Positions 28,795 to 57,445 of a stretch of DNA of 64,000 bases are shown here, in pieces (the first letter of the stretch is position 1; every line of letters starts with the position of its first letter). The notes beneath the pieces are model-generated. The model was not told the origin of the DNA, ran no database searches, and saw only the letters and a program-made list of their open reading frames with translations. Position numbers and translations under genes: made by a program. Location: NCBI RefSeq assembly GCF_009914755.1, contig NC_060928.1; one strand, given 5' to 3'. The DNA is from the human T2T-CHM13v2.0 reference genome, Homo sapiens.

Positions 28795-29108
28795 TTGCAG
28801 ACAGGAAGAATAAAGGGAAGGAATAAACCCTAGCACTTCTATACGGAATCATTTAGTATAAATCTTCATTACTGGACAAATTCGCAATGACAGTATAACA
28901 CAAAAAATTATTTATGTATGAATTTTGATTGAGTTTAGTGTATACTTCCATAGGATTACAAGAATCAGGACCAAATGCTACTCAAAGAAGACCCTTATAA
29001 TATCAAAATCATTAAAATATTTCAAAAAATAGAACCTGAGGCTGTACAGAAAATGATTGGAAATAAAAGCACTAGCCAACATTCTGGTGGATTCTGATTT
29101 TTAAGTAC

Positions 29109-29219
29109 CAGAGAGAATTTTCCCTTTCACAGTGTTACTCAGAGAAAACGATTTTATCTGTAAAGAGGCCCACAGAAAGCTGTGAAATTCTAAAACAGCT
29201 AAGATTCTATCCCAGTACA
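29109..29219 (-). pseudogene. Relic exon (111 nt, fully open, symmetric phase 1)
   Basis: Strong acceptor cctttgctctcttcttcttgtatccag, donor CTG|GTACTT; YWDRILAVLEFHSFLWASLQIKSFSLSNTVKGKILS. Confidence 0.72.
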
Positions 29220-29356
29220 CTGGATACAAGAAGAAGAGAGCAAAGGAAAGGGGGGAAATAAAATCAGAGCCTGGCAAAAGATAAAATGGGATTGAGAGAT
29301 TTGTTGCTTTGGGCAAACTCAGAAGTACATAATATTTTTTGACATTTCTGGCTCAC

Positions 29357-29625
29357 TAGCATTATAAAAGTACCCAGGTTATAGAATTTGATCCAGCTTC
29401 CCTTTTTTTCTTTTTTTGTACCATGTCTATTGTAAGAAGTGAATTTCACCTGCTTTTGCAAATACTTTATAAGGTATCAAGAGTATGTTTTCATATTTTT
29501 GAAGGCAGAGGGTGATTTTTAAAAGATAAATATTTATAATTTTTAAGCAATTGGCTTATTTGTTCATATTCTAATATCTTTCTCTTACAAATGTGTCTGT
29601 TTCCAAAGTCTGATCAATAATTTTA
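29357..29625 (-). pseudogene. Relic exon (269 nt)
   Basis: Acceptor ctctttttttttaag, donor CTA|GTGAGC; KIIDQTLETDTFVRE / RKILEYEQISQLLKNYKYLSFKNHPLPSK / ENILLIPYKVFAKAGEIHFLQ... Confidence 0.6.
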
Positions 29626-30697
29626 CTTAAAAAAAAAGAGGTAAGATTTTAAAACACATACACTTTGATTTACAAACATCTCTGGGCATTATAATAAAAT
29701 AAACTAAGATATTTAAAGCATAACTTAAAAAAGAATACAATCCAAAGCTGCAAAAATTACATACATATATGCCCCCAGAACAACCTTTAGATGATTATAC
29801 AACCAACCAAATCATTATAAACCATTAGTATTACACTGAGTGCAGGCTTCCAATGTGTAAAACATATTGTCTCAAAAAAGAAGCCAAATTTTGAAAATAA
29901 GCAATTAATACAGGCTTAATCAAGATGAGTAAATAACTCTCATCTTTAAAAATTAAAAAACAGAGTCACATGAGCCATGCTACTCATCTGCCCTGTTCAC
30001 TGACAGTAGTAGGATCTTGACAAGCCTTTACTAATCCCTCTACCTAAATCTAGACTATTCTTCCATCCCTCACCCCAGCTCCAGTCCCAACCACCTCCAT
30101 CTCCATCATTTGCATATCAAACACTCACTCTTCTTCAAGGTTAAGTTCTAGCAGAGCCTCCTGAGCAAGCCTAGCCTGTCCCCCAGCACCTGAATGCAGA
30201 ACTGAAGGTTGAATAAAGTAACTTTCTATTAACTCATTTTCCTGCCACTTAACTTACTGCATTATGCTGTCTGGGTGCCTTCAGTGAAAGGTGATGTTTT
30301 ATTCATCTTTCTCACTGAGTACTGTGCTGGACATTTACTATGCCCTTAAAAATATTTTTTCAACAAAATAATGGAAGTGAGGTTCTTCTTGGTCAGTTTA
30401 ACAATCCCTGAAGCTCTATTAATTTGGACAAAAAAGAGAGAGAGAAGATATTGGACATATGTTACAGATTGAACCGTGTGGTCCTAGAGATGAGAATGAT
30501 GACAATAATAACAAATAATACAAAGGCAGTTAAGACTAGTTATGGTTCTAGTATAAATGATCAGCCCCTCCACTTTCTAAGATATAGTAAAACTCTCAGC
30601 TAGGAGTCCCTGAGGGGATCTCTGTTCTGGGTCTGGACCAGATCTTCTGCTATTTTTACACCCCCTTCCCACCTTTTTTTCTAAACCACCCACTAAC

Positions 30698-31037
30698 CTT
30701 GTTCTGCTTTCAAATTGGTTCATGTCAGGTTAATTATTTCTTTTTATAAGAGCTTCTATACAAATCTCAGAAAATTTCAGTCTCTTCTGCAATTTATTCA
30801 AGCTGACTTTAATGTAGAAATGTTCTCAGCTATATTCCTAAAGCCCCAACACAGATTTTTAGGTTGTTAAATTTTCCATAAATGCAATTATTTTCCAATT
30901 CCATCACTTCCAAATGTGCCTGATCAGCTAGCTGCCTGAGAATATCCAGAGATACTTTATCTTTTTACTGCTGAGTCCAGTATGGTAATTGGGAGAAAAA
31001 AATAACTTCTAAGCTAACTAAGACCCTTCTTCCAATA
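30698..31037 (-). pseudogene. Relic exon (340 nt)
   Basis: Acceptor T-run+cttgttag, donor AAG|GTTAGT; phase-2 entry gives IGRRVLVSLEVIFFSQLPYWTQQ*KDKVSLDILRQLADQAHLEVMELENNCIYGKFNNLKICVGALGI. Confidence 0.7.
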
Positions 31038-31300
31038 CTAACAAGAAAAAAAAAAACCCTGTTTTTATATAGCACTTTAACATTCAAATGACCCATGCTT
31101 ATTAATGTTCCATGTACTTTTATGTATTAACTACTTATACATGGAAATTTTCAACACCCACATAGTGCACAAAATTCACTAACAATGAATCTTACAGTTT
31201 CCACCTATTTAGATATATATAACATTTGTTTAATATTGGATTATATTTTAACATATGTTGGGTAATTTGTAGATGTCAGCTAAAATAGGAACCAACTCAC

Positions 31301-31466
31301 ATCTTGCTTGAGTCTTCCCTAAGCTTTTTCAAATCAATAAGGCTTAAAAATCATTTCTTTCATAGACAGACAATAGTAGCAGCACTTAAAATAGCAATTA
31401 CTGTCCACTCCTACCACAACTATTCATGTGGATATTCACAAGTTATTGCTTTCAATGCACTTAAGG
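31301..31466 (-). pseudogene. Relic exon (166 nt)
   Basis: Acceptor ctttcttctaactatag, donor GAT|GTGAGT; ALSALKAITCEYPHE*LW*EWTVIAILSAATIVCL*KK*FLSLIDLKKLREDSSK; phase 1 to 2 fits both neighbours. Confidence 0.65.
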
Positions 31467-32881
31467 CTATAGTTAGAAGAAAGTATATTCATGTTGTTAC
31501 ATTCCAAAAGACAAAGAGAAATGGGAAAGTATATGTGCAAGAATATTCCAAAACAAGAAGTAGAAAGATAATTTATAAGCAACTAAAGGAAGAGAAAATT
31601 TAGAATTTTAGAGATAAGATTTTTTTTAAAAAAATTCACCATTAGAATAGGAAATAAAAAATTTTTATCGATAGGGGAAAAATCTATTAGCTAGGTTTAT
31701 GGTATTTTAAAAAATGAACTCAAAATCATTCATCCAATGAAAGTAAGTCCAGTATATTGAGTTCACAAGCAAAACCACATTTAAGCACAAAGAATACTGA
31801 GTGCTGTATTTACAGCACCCATAAAAATGGAAAAGGAAGGTTTTCTAAAATTAGGTTTATAATGTTTTCTCTTATAAACATAATAGATGCTTATTATAGA
31901 AAATGTGAAGATTATATAGAAAGTCACTAAATATAAAACACTCATTCTATTTCTCAAAGTGAGTTACATTCTTATGTTTTCATTTATCTTTTTCTTTGCA
32001 TATTTTTCAATATGTGAGATAATACTAAAATTTTTAAAATGCGTTTGGCTTTTTACAATTTGATATTATACTTAAGTATTTTCTTTGTTATTGATTTATT
32101 TGCAAGGATTTGAGACCCAATTAAAAGTGGCTTAAGCAAGTAAAGGTAAATTTAGGCCTATAAGAATATAAAGGTTACTGAAAAGGCCAGGAATAAGCCT
32201 GTTTGGGCTCATGTGCTCAAGTGAATTAATTGCAAATCCATCTTTATCCACCTCTTACCAACACTTTCCCTTGTGTTGATTTCATTCACAGTCAGTTTTT
32301 CCCACAACATGACAAAAATTCCCTAGGAGCTCCAGGGTTACTTTGCATTCAGAAACCCCCACGGAAAGTTTCTCCCTCTTCAGCAGTATTCCCAGGAAGG
32401 GGTTTCATTGGGATTCTTCACTCTACCCAGAGGGATATAGCATTGATTAGTCAGTGAATTACTTGGGAAATTTAGGAGCCATTGGCATAAAGCTGAATCT
32501 GATGGTTATGGGGCTGGAGGAGATTTTTACCTAGAAAGCAAACATTCATATAGAAGAAGGGCCCAAAGAATGTGGCTTGTATCACACCACCAGACTTGTA
32601 AGTAAATAAATATTTGATATACAAAAATAGCTATGAGTTCTCTTTCATGTAAACTCCATACTCTCAATTAATTTTCAGAAAGCACATGGACTAAAAAAAA
32701 AAAAACTGTATTCTAACACATATGAAGGTTAGGGCCAAGATAACAGTTTCAGAAGAAAGTATTTCAATGGGGTTAAAACATCACTGAAAAATCAATATCA
32801 CAGAATCCAATTAAAATAGTACTAAATATGTTAAACAAAAGCCTACATTGAACATTAAAGAAAGAATAAATTTTTCTGTAC

Positions 32882-33136
32882 CTAATGACTCTAAAATCTT
32901 TCCTGGTCAAACAATGGAATCTGACAGCTCATCGTCAAAGTCAGGTTCAATACTATATGGGAAGCCATGATATAAGAAAAACTGTCATCCAATATTAACA
33001 TGTATTTTTGCACTTGATGTAAAGCTGCCACTTCTGAAGACTTTCAATGTCTTTTGAAAGTTTTATCAACAAGATCAAACTGCACAAGACCAGAATTTTG
33101 AAAGTAATTTATGCTCTCTGACAATTTGCAAAGAAC
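32882..33136 (-). pseudogene. Relic exon (about 255 nt)
   Basis: VLCKLSESINYFQNSGLVQFDLVDKTF, frameshift, LKVFRSGSFTSSAKIHVNIG*QFFLYHGFPYSIEPDFDDELSDSIV*PGKILESL; donor TAG|GTACAG in phase 1. Confidence 0.7.
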
Positions 33137-33289
33137 TTGGCGTGACAGAAAATAAAATATGAATAGCTTTACTACTATGTTCAGCTCATGTTCTAATGAA
33201 TAATTTGTAGTATTTCCTTTGGAATTTTTAAAATAATGTAAAGTAAACTGTATTAAAAGTTTTATACAATATATCATTAAAAAAATTTT

Positions 33290-39890
<6,601 letters not shown>

Positions 39891-40324
39891 CACAGCATAA
39901 CAATATATATAACTACATCTAAGCATTCTTATTATTTGCTTTAGAACATTGCTTAATGAATATTCTATATAATTGCTGGAGGAATTCTTAAATTGCACAA
40001 AAGAACCCATATTTTAATTTTTTGTTAGGTTTCACTGTAAAACAATTATATAAATTTACAAAGTCTTAGTTTTCAATGTTATATGCTCCTAATTTGTAAG
40101 ACATAATCAAAATATGTCTTGAAGAATTCAAAACAGACTTGTTAATAATAGTTTTTATTCCTAAACAGAGGTTGGAGGATGACTTTCACATTTATTTTGT
40201 ATACTTATGCTTTGGAGAACATTTTTTTAAAAACTCCTTTTATGATTATTTAAAAGTAATTTGTGGCCTTAAAGTACTAGAAAAATATATCAACTGTGTC
40301 TACTCATACTATAGAAAAAATTCA

Positions 40325-40642
40325 GGCCAGGCACAGTGGCTCATGCCTGCAATTTCAGCACTTTGGGACACCAAGGGGTGTGTGTTGCTTGAGCCTAGGA
40401 GTTGGAGACCAGTCAGGACAACATGACGAAACCCCATCTCTACAAAAAATACTAAATTACCTGGGCATGGTGTCACATGCCCATAGTCCCAGCTACTCAA
40501 GAGGTTGAGGTAGGAGGATTGCTTGAGTCTCAGAGGTTGAGACTGCCTAAGATCACACCATTGTACTCCAGCCTAGGTGACAGAGTAAGACCATGCCTCA
40601 AATAAAAAAAAAAAAAAAAAGAAAAGAAAAAAGAAGAAAAAG
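40325..40642 (+). mobile_element. AluJ
   Basis: ttgcttgagcctaggagtt, ggaggattgcttgag; A-rich tail. Confidence 0.9.
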
Positions 40643-40649
40643 AATAACT

Positions 40650-42092
40650 CTTTGTCTTGATTTTTAAAATGCAGATTATTTCAGACTCTCTTGAAAAAAA
40701 ATCTAAGTCTGGGGTGGAGCACTGAGATTCTACATTTTTAATAAGCAAATCAAGGTAATTCTTCTGCAAGTGGACTATGGACCACAATTCAAAATACACT
40801 TACGATAGGGACTAATTACATAACTTTACAAAAAGAAGAGACTTTTGCTTTCCTTGGCAAAAGCAAAATCTAGGAAGAAAAGACAGGTAGATTTGGCAAA
40901 TAAAAATTTAATACTAAAGTATTTCAGAAAATACTGATCAAAATTAAAAAGTAAATGATAAATTTTAAAAACTACTTTTAATTCAAAACCATGCTTAAAC
41001 CTAATACATTCAAATGTTTTAAAAAGTCAATAAAAGAAAAAAAGGCATCCTAGTAGAAAAGCAGATCAAGCACGTTTTGAAAAGCAATTCATTCATAGAC
41101 TCTCTGAAACTTGCTGTTAAATACATGTAAGTGTATTCATCTTAGAGTCAAATAAATGCAAATTTATAAAATATTAGAAAATATAGAAGATATGTCAATT
41201 TTCTTTATCAACTAGATCTGTATTAAAACTTACTGAAACAAGTTAAGAGTGTGGGAAAACAAGCTCTGTTATAACTGGTAGTGGGAGTTTATGTCAATCC
41301 ATTTAAAGACCAATTTGGAATAATTTTTAAATGTTTAAATGCATACAGTTTTGTTAGTTTCATTCTAGTTTAGTAGATCATTTATCATTTAATAAATATT
41401 TTTGAATGCAGGTCATTTTAGTCATTCAACAGATATTTATTGATTGCCTACTATATCTTAGGTCCTATTCTTGATGCAGAAGAATACAATAGTGAACTAA
41501 ACAAAGAAAAAAGAATCTTTAATTGTCTTTCACATTCTGGTGTGGGGAGATGGACATAACAACCAATTGTATAGTACAGTAACTGGCAATTATGTGCTAA
41601 GAAAAAAACAGAGAATTTGAATAAAAAGTGTCAGAGGTATTTAATTTTAGACAGGATAGCCAAGAAAGGTCTAATTGAGAAGGTTGTTATGTGTGTATTA
41701 GTTAGGTTGTTTGCAGCTGCTAACTTAATCAATACGAAAATATATTATTAAGCAGAAAAAGGAAGCACTGGTTATGTCAAGCTAAAAGACATCATCAAGT
41801 TCTCAGGCTTTCTGTCTCCCCTTTCTGCCGTCTTTGGCATTAGTTCCCTTATCAGACTATTAGTAAGATGGTTGCAGCTGTCAAACATAATAATGTCCCA
41901 AGGAAGAATAATTCTTCCTTTTGCTCTCTCTCAGAGGAAATATTTCCTGTAACTTCCCTGACCACTTCTACAGCTTACCTGCACATTTTATCTGTTAGAA
42001 TTTCATCACACTCCTGAACAATGGCATTATTGAGGTTGGCTTAGTCCAGACATTTAGGGTGGGTAGATGGTTGTCAGGGAGTCGATCAAAAC
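40650..42092. mobile_element. Cluster of ancient repeats: MER5-like (40650-40800), L1ME (40850-41400), L2 (41400-41690), MLT1 (41693-42092)
   Basis: Diverged diagnostic motifs such as aaaatgcagatt...ggaccaca, cattcaacagatatttattga and tgtattagttagg. Confidence 0.55.
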
Positions 42093-42102
42093 ATGTTCTC
42101 AC

Positions 42103-42347
42103 TGGTGTATGCGTGGTCATAGCATCTTCAGAAATGTAGATAAGTAAAGAAAGTGTGCATGAAAGAAGTTAAGACAGAATGCATTGTACTGGTCAAACGT
42201 AGTTTTTCTCATATCCACAAATTCTTATAAGGAGAAGACAAGATGACTGAGTTTTACTGAAGGTATTTGAATCAGGAGCATCTGATTTAAAGTCAATCAA
42301 TTCATGGATCAGTCAATGTCCACTTAAATAGTCTGATAGGAAAATTT
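42103..42347 (-). pseudogene. Relic exon (245 nt)
   Basis: Acceptor ttttattctatttgggcag, donor CCA|GTGAGA; ...HELIDFKSDAPDSNTFSKTQSSCLLLIRICGYEKNYV*PVQCILS*LLSCTLSLLIYISEDAMTTHTP. Confidence 0.7.
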
Positions 42348-43135
42348 CTGCCCAAATAGAATAAAATTATTATATAATCCTATAAGATTTATATCTCAAG
42401 AATGTTATCTGTTAAATACAAAGAAAAATTAAGCAATTAATCCTGAGAATTGTGGCTGTGGAAAAGAATGAGAGGCCATGAGGATTACATGGGACTGAGA
42501 AGAATTTAAAGTTGTGGTCATGAAGGGTAAAAGCAACCTGATGTGTTGGAAGCAGAGTTATGAGTAGTAGAGAGAATATACAAGTCAATACCAAGGAGAG
42601 CAGAGCTGTGCTGTCAAGCCCCTGACAATTCGTGAACTTCTGCTGCTGAAATTATTAGTGCTGCCTTGGATCAAGTTCCATTTGTATGATGGCCAGCTGT
42701 ACTTTGGATTCCACTCTTGGAATCATATTTGGTCTCTCCCTCTCTCTCTAATTGCCCTAAGTGTTTCTTCACCATAAATCCCTCATGATTAAGACAGCTT
42801 AAATGAGTCTCTGTTTCCTTCAACTAAGAGAACCTCATGAGAACATCTTAAGAATTTTATCTGCTACATCAGTCTCAGTGAATAAACTCATATACATTTG
42901 GCCTTAATAGTTAAAAGAGTGCTCCTCATTTTTACATAGGAATGGGCAACAATAAGTTCATGATACACTGCTATATTTCACATAACCAGATACATAATTC
43001 CATTCTATATTGAAGAGCAAGAATCTAATGCATAGATTTTAAACCTTGTATGGGAGGAGCCATGTGTTTTTCTCTTAAGCCCCCAAACACATGCACAGTA
43101 CATGCATAGCTAATAGGCTATGTACCTGGACTTAC

Positions 43136-43226
43136 TGTGATCTCTCCTTTCTCTCCTCTTTCCTATTTCCCCTGCAGTCCGTATCACACAGATTCTGAAT
43201 TTGGGATACAATATTTGCATATTTAT
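43136..43226 (-). pseudogene. Relic exon (91 nt)
   Basis: Open KYANIVSQIQNLCDTDCRGNRKEERKERS; donor ACA|GTAAGT; an Alu sits 20 nt upstream of the acceptor. Confidence 0.6.
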
Positions 43227-43245
43227 CTTTTAAATTAATAATACT

Positions 43246-43535
43246 GGCTGGGCGCGGTGGCTCATGCCTGTAATTGCAGCACTTTGGGATGCTGAGGCAG
43301 GTGGACCACTTGAGGTCAGGCGTTCCAGACCAGCCTGTCCAACATGGTTTTAACCTCATCTCTACTAAAAATAAAAAAATTACCCGGGCATGGTGGCACA
43401 TGCTTGTAGCCCCAGCCACTCAGGAGGCTGAGGCAGGAGAATTGCTTGAACCCAGGAGGTGGAGGTTGCAGTGAGCCAAGATCGCATCACTGCACTCCAG
43501 ACTGGGTGACAGAGCAAGACTCTGTCTCAAAAAAT
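43246..43535 (+). mobile_element. AluSx
   Basis: Full dimer; TSD taataatac. Confidence 0.92.
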
Positions 43536-43789
43536 GATAATAATGTAATAATACCATTATTTTAAATCAATAGTTAAATTTCAAAAACATTTTTTGAATG
43601 GTATAATCAACAAATAATTGGGTTCTATTATATCAGTGACACTCTAGTAGATAATACAAAATTTTTTAGCATGTACATATTTTATTAAGGAAGTTTTAAA
43701 TGTATATATTTAAATATATATTTATATTTTATATGTGACAGATTGCCCATTTGCCACTAGTATCACATAATGCAGATTTCATGTGATAA

Positions 43790-44067
43790 TACTTTATAAC
43801 AAAGTATGTGTATGTGTCTGTGTATGTATATATATCTGTATGGGTATATATATATGTATAGGCACATATACAGACACATACACATACTTTGTTTAAAACA
43901 TTATACTTTATGTGTATGTTTGTATGTGTGTATACATATATATACATTCAGATACATATACATATATACGAATGTGTCTGTATATATATGAATATATGTC
44001 TGTATGTGTGTGTATATATATGTATACACACACAGACACATATAAATACTTTGTTTAAAGCATTATA
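43790..44067. repeat. Degenerate (TA/TG/CA)n low-complexity tract with internal inverted repeats; continues at 50355-50541
   Basis: aacaaagtatgtgtatgtgtctgt...acagacacatacacatactttgtt fold-back; recurring motif actttgtttaaa(a/g)cattata. Confidence 0.85.
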
Positions 44068-50185
<6,118 letters not shown>

Positions 50186-50839
50186 GTTGGAAGAGAGTGA
50201 AAACAATAGACAACTCTCTCTGCAGAGAAGATAGTAAGAGGTCATCCATGGATAAATATGACAGTTTGAAGGAATGCATGTTTAGATCTAGAACATGTCC
50301 ACATTTGCATGTAACAGTATTTAACTTCTTCATTAAAACAAAGCTAAAATTAAAAAAGCATTATAAAGCATTATATGTGTATGTGTCTGTACGTGTATAT
50401 ATATGTATGTATAAAACACTATAAAGTATAATGCTTTAAACAAAGTATATGTACTTGTCATTGTGTGTATACTTATGTATAAACACACACAGACATATAT
50501 ATACACATATATATGTACACACACATACACATACTCTGTTTACTTGATATTCTAAACAACTGAACCCATATCCATGAATTAAACTAGAAAAATACTTGAA
50601 AGTGTTCAATGTAAGGAAATGCACACCTGAGAAAAACAAGACAATTGAAAATCAGTCATACACAAGCTGAGACCTTTTCTTCACACCAAAACAGATCAGG
50701 GTTTCAGTGTCTGTCTAATGAATTCTCCTTTTAAGAATCCCTTGAAGGAAGTTTGTCAAATATGTTTCTCAAGCTCATCATATTAAAATGCTTGGTGTAG
50801 TTTTATTTCTGTTAAAATCACTTGGCTTTTGAAGCTTAC

Positions 50840-50881
50840 TGTTGAGGTTTATAGCAAGAAGGTGATCCAGATCATCTGTCT
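50840..50881 (-). pseudogene. Relic exon (42 nt)
   Basis: Acceptor tgtttattttcag, donor ACA|GTAAGC; open TDDLDHLLAINLN; phase-1 exit matches the next exon. Confidence 0.65.
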
Positions 50882-51122
50882 CTGAAAATAAACATGGGTT
50901 TGTCAAGTTCCATTGCTAATTCACACAAACACAAGCATGGAAGAGTCTACTTTTATGGCCTTACAGGAGAGCTTAGTCTAGCATGTCATGAAACTTTAAG
51001 GAAGGCTTAATACTAGATGTAGATATTCTCAAGCCCCTAAGTTCAGTATTCACAAGGCACTTCCACACTTGGCTAAAAGGCTGACTCCATGTGGCAGGAG
51101 GCAGTTCCCAAGGTACACTCAC

Positions 51123-51422
51123 AGGTAATAGTACTCTTCGTGAAATGTCAGTTCTGACCTCTCACATTCATCCTTCCCACTGGAAAGCCTGCCTTCCAGT
51201 TCTCATTTCTTCTTCTACATTAAGCTTCTTCCCAGCAAAATTTACAGAGGGAATGTTTGCTCTATTCAGGGGAAATGCCATCATTCTATTATACCATCAT
51301 TAATTATAACCCATCCTTTATCAAATGGATAATCACTTTGGAACACAACGGTCCAGTGTCTCCTGTTTTACCAGTGCTGTTATTCACTATATGTAGAATA
51401 TCAGCAGTTAATCGAGGTCGAG
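51123..51422 (-). pseudogene. Relic exon (300 nt)
   Basis: Phase-1 entry (A)RPRLTADILHIVNNSTGKTGDTGPLCSKVIIHLIKDGL, then shifted MMAFPLNRANIPSVNFAGKKLNVEEEMRTGRQAFQWEG; donor CCT|GTGAGT. Confidence 0.65.
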
Positions 51423-51449
51423 CTACCCAAAACCCAAATCTTTTTTTTT

Positions 51450-51950
51450 TATTTTATTTTATTTTCCTAACTTTTTAATTGTTGAAACTTCAAATCTACA
51501 GAAAAGTTGTTGGAAAATAGTACAATGACACCCATATACTCTACATCCAGATTTATCTAACATTTTTGCCACATTTTCTCTATCCATAGACAATTTTTTT
51601 TGTTTTCTTTAACCATTTAAGGGTTAAGTACTGGTAGCAAAATACTTCCTCTCTAAACATTTTGGTATATTCCTCCTCAGAACAAGGGCATTCTCCAACA
51701 TAACCACAATGCAGTTATCACACTTGGGAAATTTTACAGTTTCTATTCCATTTTGCCATTGGTTTCAATAACAATCTCCATAATTATTTTTAAAGAATTT
51801 ATCCATGATTCCACATTGCATTTAAGTCATGTCTGTTTAGTCTCCATCCTTTTCTGTGTGTTTATGTATCTCTCTGGACACTGGCATTTGAGAAATTTCC
51901 AGGCAAGTTGCTTTGTCAGACAAACTATTTTTGCAGTGTTTCCTCCAGGC
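51450..51950 (-). mobile_element. L1MC/ME 3' fragment
   Basis: acttcaaatctacagaaaagttg...aatagtacaatgacacccatata...taacatttttgccacatt. Confidence 0.65.
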
Positions 51951-52260
51951 TGAGGACTGGTTCAGGCCTACACGTCCTTCCTGTGTCTCCAAGCATCTCA
52001 GGTTCTTATCTTTGTAAGAGCCTGCTTATCACATATGCACACAAACAAACATCTTTATAAGATCATGCAAGACGTTAAACACAAAGTGCACTCAACATAC
52101 ACACAGAGAAAAAAATAGAAAATTATCCCATTCCCAAACTAAGCCAAAGAAACAGAAAGCAAGAACAAAAATAAAAACCACCAAGGCACAACATTGACAC
52201 ATCCAAAACAATTACATCGCAGAAACAATTTTCCAATTAAAAGAGTTGCATAGACATTAC

Positions 52261-52387
52261 CTGTTTCTTTAGTTTTTCACAAGAATAATAGGTAGATACT
52301 GCCTGTATGAGTACATAAAATATTCACACCAATTATCTATCTTTTTAAAATTAAAGATAATTCATCGCAAAAGATTGTTAAGAGGCC
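52261..52387 (-). pseudogene. Relic exon (127 nt)
   Basis: Consensus branch point CACTAAC (52405-52411), acceptor ctttctgcctctcaag, donor CAG|GTAATG; GLLTIFCDELSLILKR*IIGVNILCTHTGSIYLLFL*KTKET; phase 0 to 1. Confidence 0.7.
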
Positions 52388-52675
52388 CTTGAGAGGCAGA
52401 AAGTGTTAGTGACTTTCATTTTTTGCCCAGTGATTGCTCAAAATTTTGTAAATGTTCAGGTCAAATTCCAGCCAGGGTACTCCATTAGAAAAATTTAAAT
52501 AAGACAGATATAACAAATAATCTAGAGGAAAGAGAGTAAAAAACTTAAGGATGGACAAATTGTGTAAGACTAGCTATAAGAATCCAAGTAACAGAAGACT
52601 TATTCAAATAAGGGAAGTTATTGGTACATAGAACATGAAGCCCCGTGGAAGAGAAACTCCAGGGTTATTAATTTA

Positions 52676-55294
<2,619 letters not shown>

Positions 55295-55649
55295 CCAGGA
55301 TTATTAATTTAGTAGCTTGAAGTCATTATCAACAACCCAGGTTTTTCCATCTCGCCTCATTGTAATCACCTCATCAGTTTGCTTCTTGGTTGTAAGATGG
55401 CTACAGCTACTGGCATCAAATATTCCTATGCCAGTGAAGGGAGACAGAAAAACTGACTATACTTTCATTGTGTTTAAAACTAAGAAGGATTTTTCAGAAT
55501 CTCTCCGGCATCCCTCATATCTCATTCGTCATAAGTGGGTAATAAGCCCAAACCAAAATCAATCATTGGCAAGGTGATAGGACCTGATAATTGGTTTAGA
55601 TCCATAAGAATTTACTAAGGCATGTGGGCCAGAGGATTCTGTAACAAAT

Positions 55650-56000
55650 TTTGTTAGGCTGCTGTAACAAAATGCCATAAACTTGGTGGCTAACACATAA
55701 CAGAAATTTATTTCTCACAGTTCTGGAATTGGAAAGTCCAAGATCAAGGCACCAGCAGATTTGGTGTCTGGAAAGAACCTGCCCCTGGTTCACATATGGC
55801 CATCTTTTCTCTGTGTCCTCATATGGCAGAAAAGAAGGCAAACTCTCTGGAGTCTTTTTTATGAGGACACTAATCCCGTTTATGAGTGCTCCACCCTCAT
55901 GACCTAAGCACCTGGCAAAAGTCCCACCTCCAAATACTGTCACATTCTGCATCAGGATTTAACATCTGCATAATATTTAACAAACATTCAGTCTATGGTA
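55650..56000 (-). mobile_element. MLT1A-type LTR
   Basis: ggctgctgtaacaaaatgccataaacttggtggc...aagtccaagatcaaggcaccagcagatttgg. Confidence 0.85.
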
Positions 56001-56169
56001 GGTGAACATAAAACCAGAATAAAATTTCAGCTCTGCATGGAGGAAAAAGGTTGGGAGTAAGTTTTGGGTGACCAAGTATCAATTTTACCTATATCTGCTC
56101 TACATATTAATGTCCTAGACCTCATATCTTTCTAAGAATGTAATTGAATATAGGAATTTTTCAACCCAC

Positions 56170-56464
<295 letters not shown>

Positions 56465-56759
56465 TTTAACCCACTTTCTAATCTACTTTTGGAAGACACA
56501 GAAATTCGCAAAGGAAGGCAATGTCTTTCTAAACAGATCCAGCATTTGCCTATCTACCAGGCAGAGAGAAACTTACATTGTGCTACAAAGTTGAAGAGAT
56601 GGAACATCAAAAAAGTACCATTTGTCCTGGTTTTTACATACATCTGGCAAGTTGTATGAGTTGCACTAGTTTTAATGCCCAGTGGTGAAGAGAAAATATA
56701 CCAGAGTTTTTAGACATGCAAGCACTAGAGTCACACTTTTATTGACAATAGTGTAATTG

Positions 56760-57445
56760 GGGCTGGGTCATCCAGGCTTGTGAGAACTAATGGTTACAGT
56801 GAAAGTGCTATATAATGGTATGCTACTACTGAGCATCTGTTTCCAACTCTGCTTCAGTGGTATCACATTGAAATCAACCAAATCAATCCTAATGAGCATA
56901 TTAACCCCACAGAAATATTCAAATGCTACAGACCAGAAAATCAAGCAGCCAAAAATGAAGTGGTTTGCTGTTAAATGTTTAAGAACTACCTCTCTGAAGG
57001 CAGAGAGGAACCCTGATGCTAGAGACTGAACAATATCAGACTGTTCAGGGTGCTGTAACAAACTACCATAGACTGCATAGCTTACAAACAACAGAATTGT
57101 ATTTGCTAGATTCTGGATGCTGGGAAGTCCAAAATCAAGTGGCCAGAAGATGTGGTGTCTGGTGATAGCCTGATTCCTTACTTATGGATATCTTCTCTTT
57201 GTGCCTTCACATGGCAAAAGGCACAAGGGAGCTCTCTCTTTCATAAGGGCATGAATCCCATTCATGACAGCTCTGCCCTCATGACTTAATAACCTCCCAA
57301 AGGCCCCAGCTCCTAATATCATCACATGGAGAATTAGGATTTCAACATACGAAATCTGAAGTGATGCAAACTTTCCGTCTATAGATTCAGGGCAGTCCTC
57401 TGCCCCTAGAGAGCTGGTTGTTAAACACTTACCAGCAATCTACTT
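56760..57445. mobile_element. MER63-like DNA transposon interrupted by an MLT1A LTR (about 57035-57385)
   Basis: gagctggttgttaaacacttaccagca end motif; internal tgctgtaacaaactaccatagactg LTR. Confidence 0.55.
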
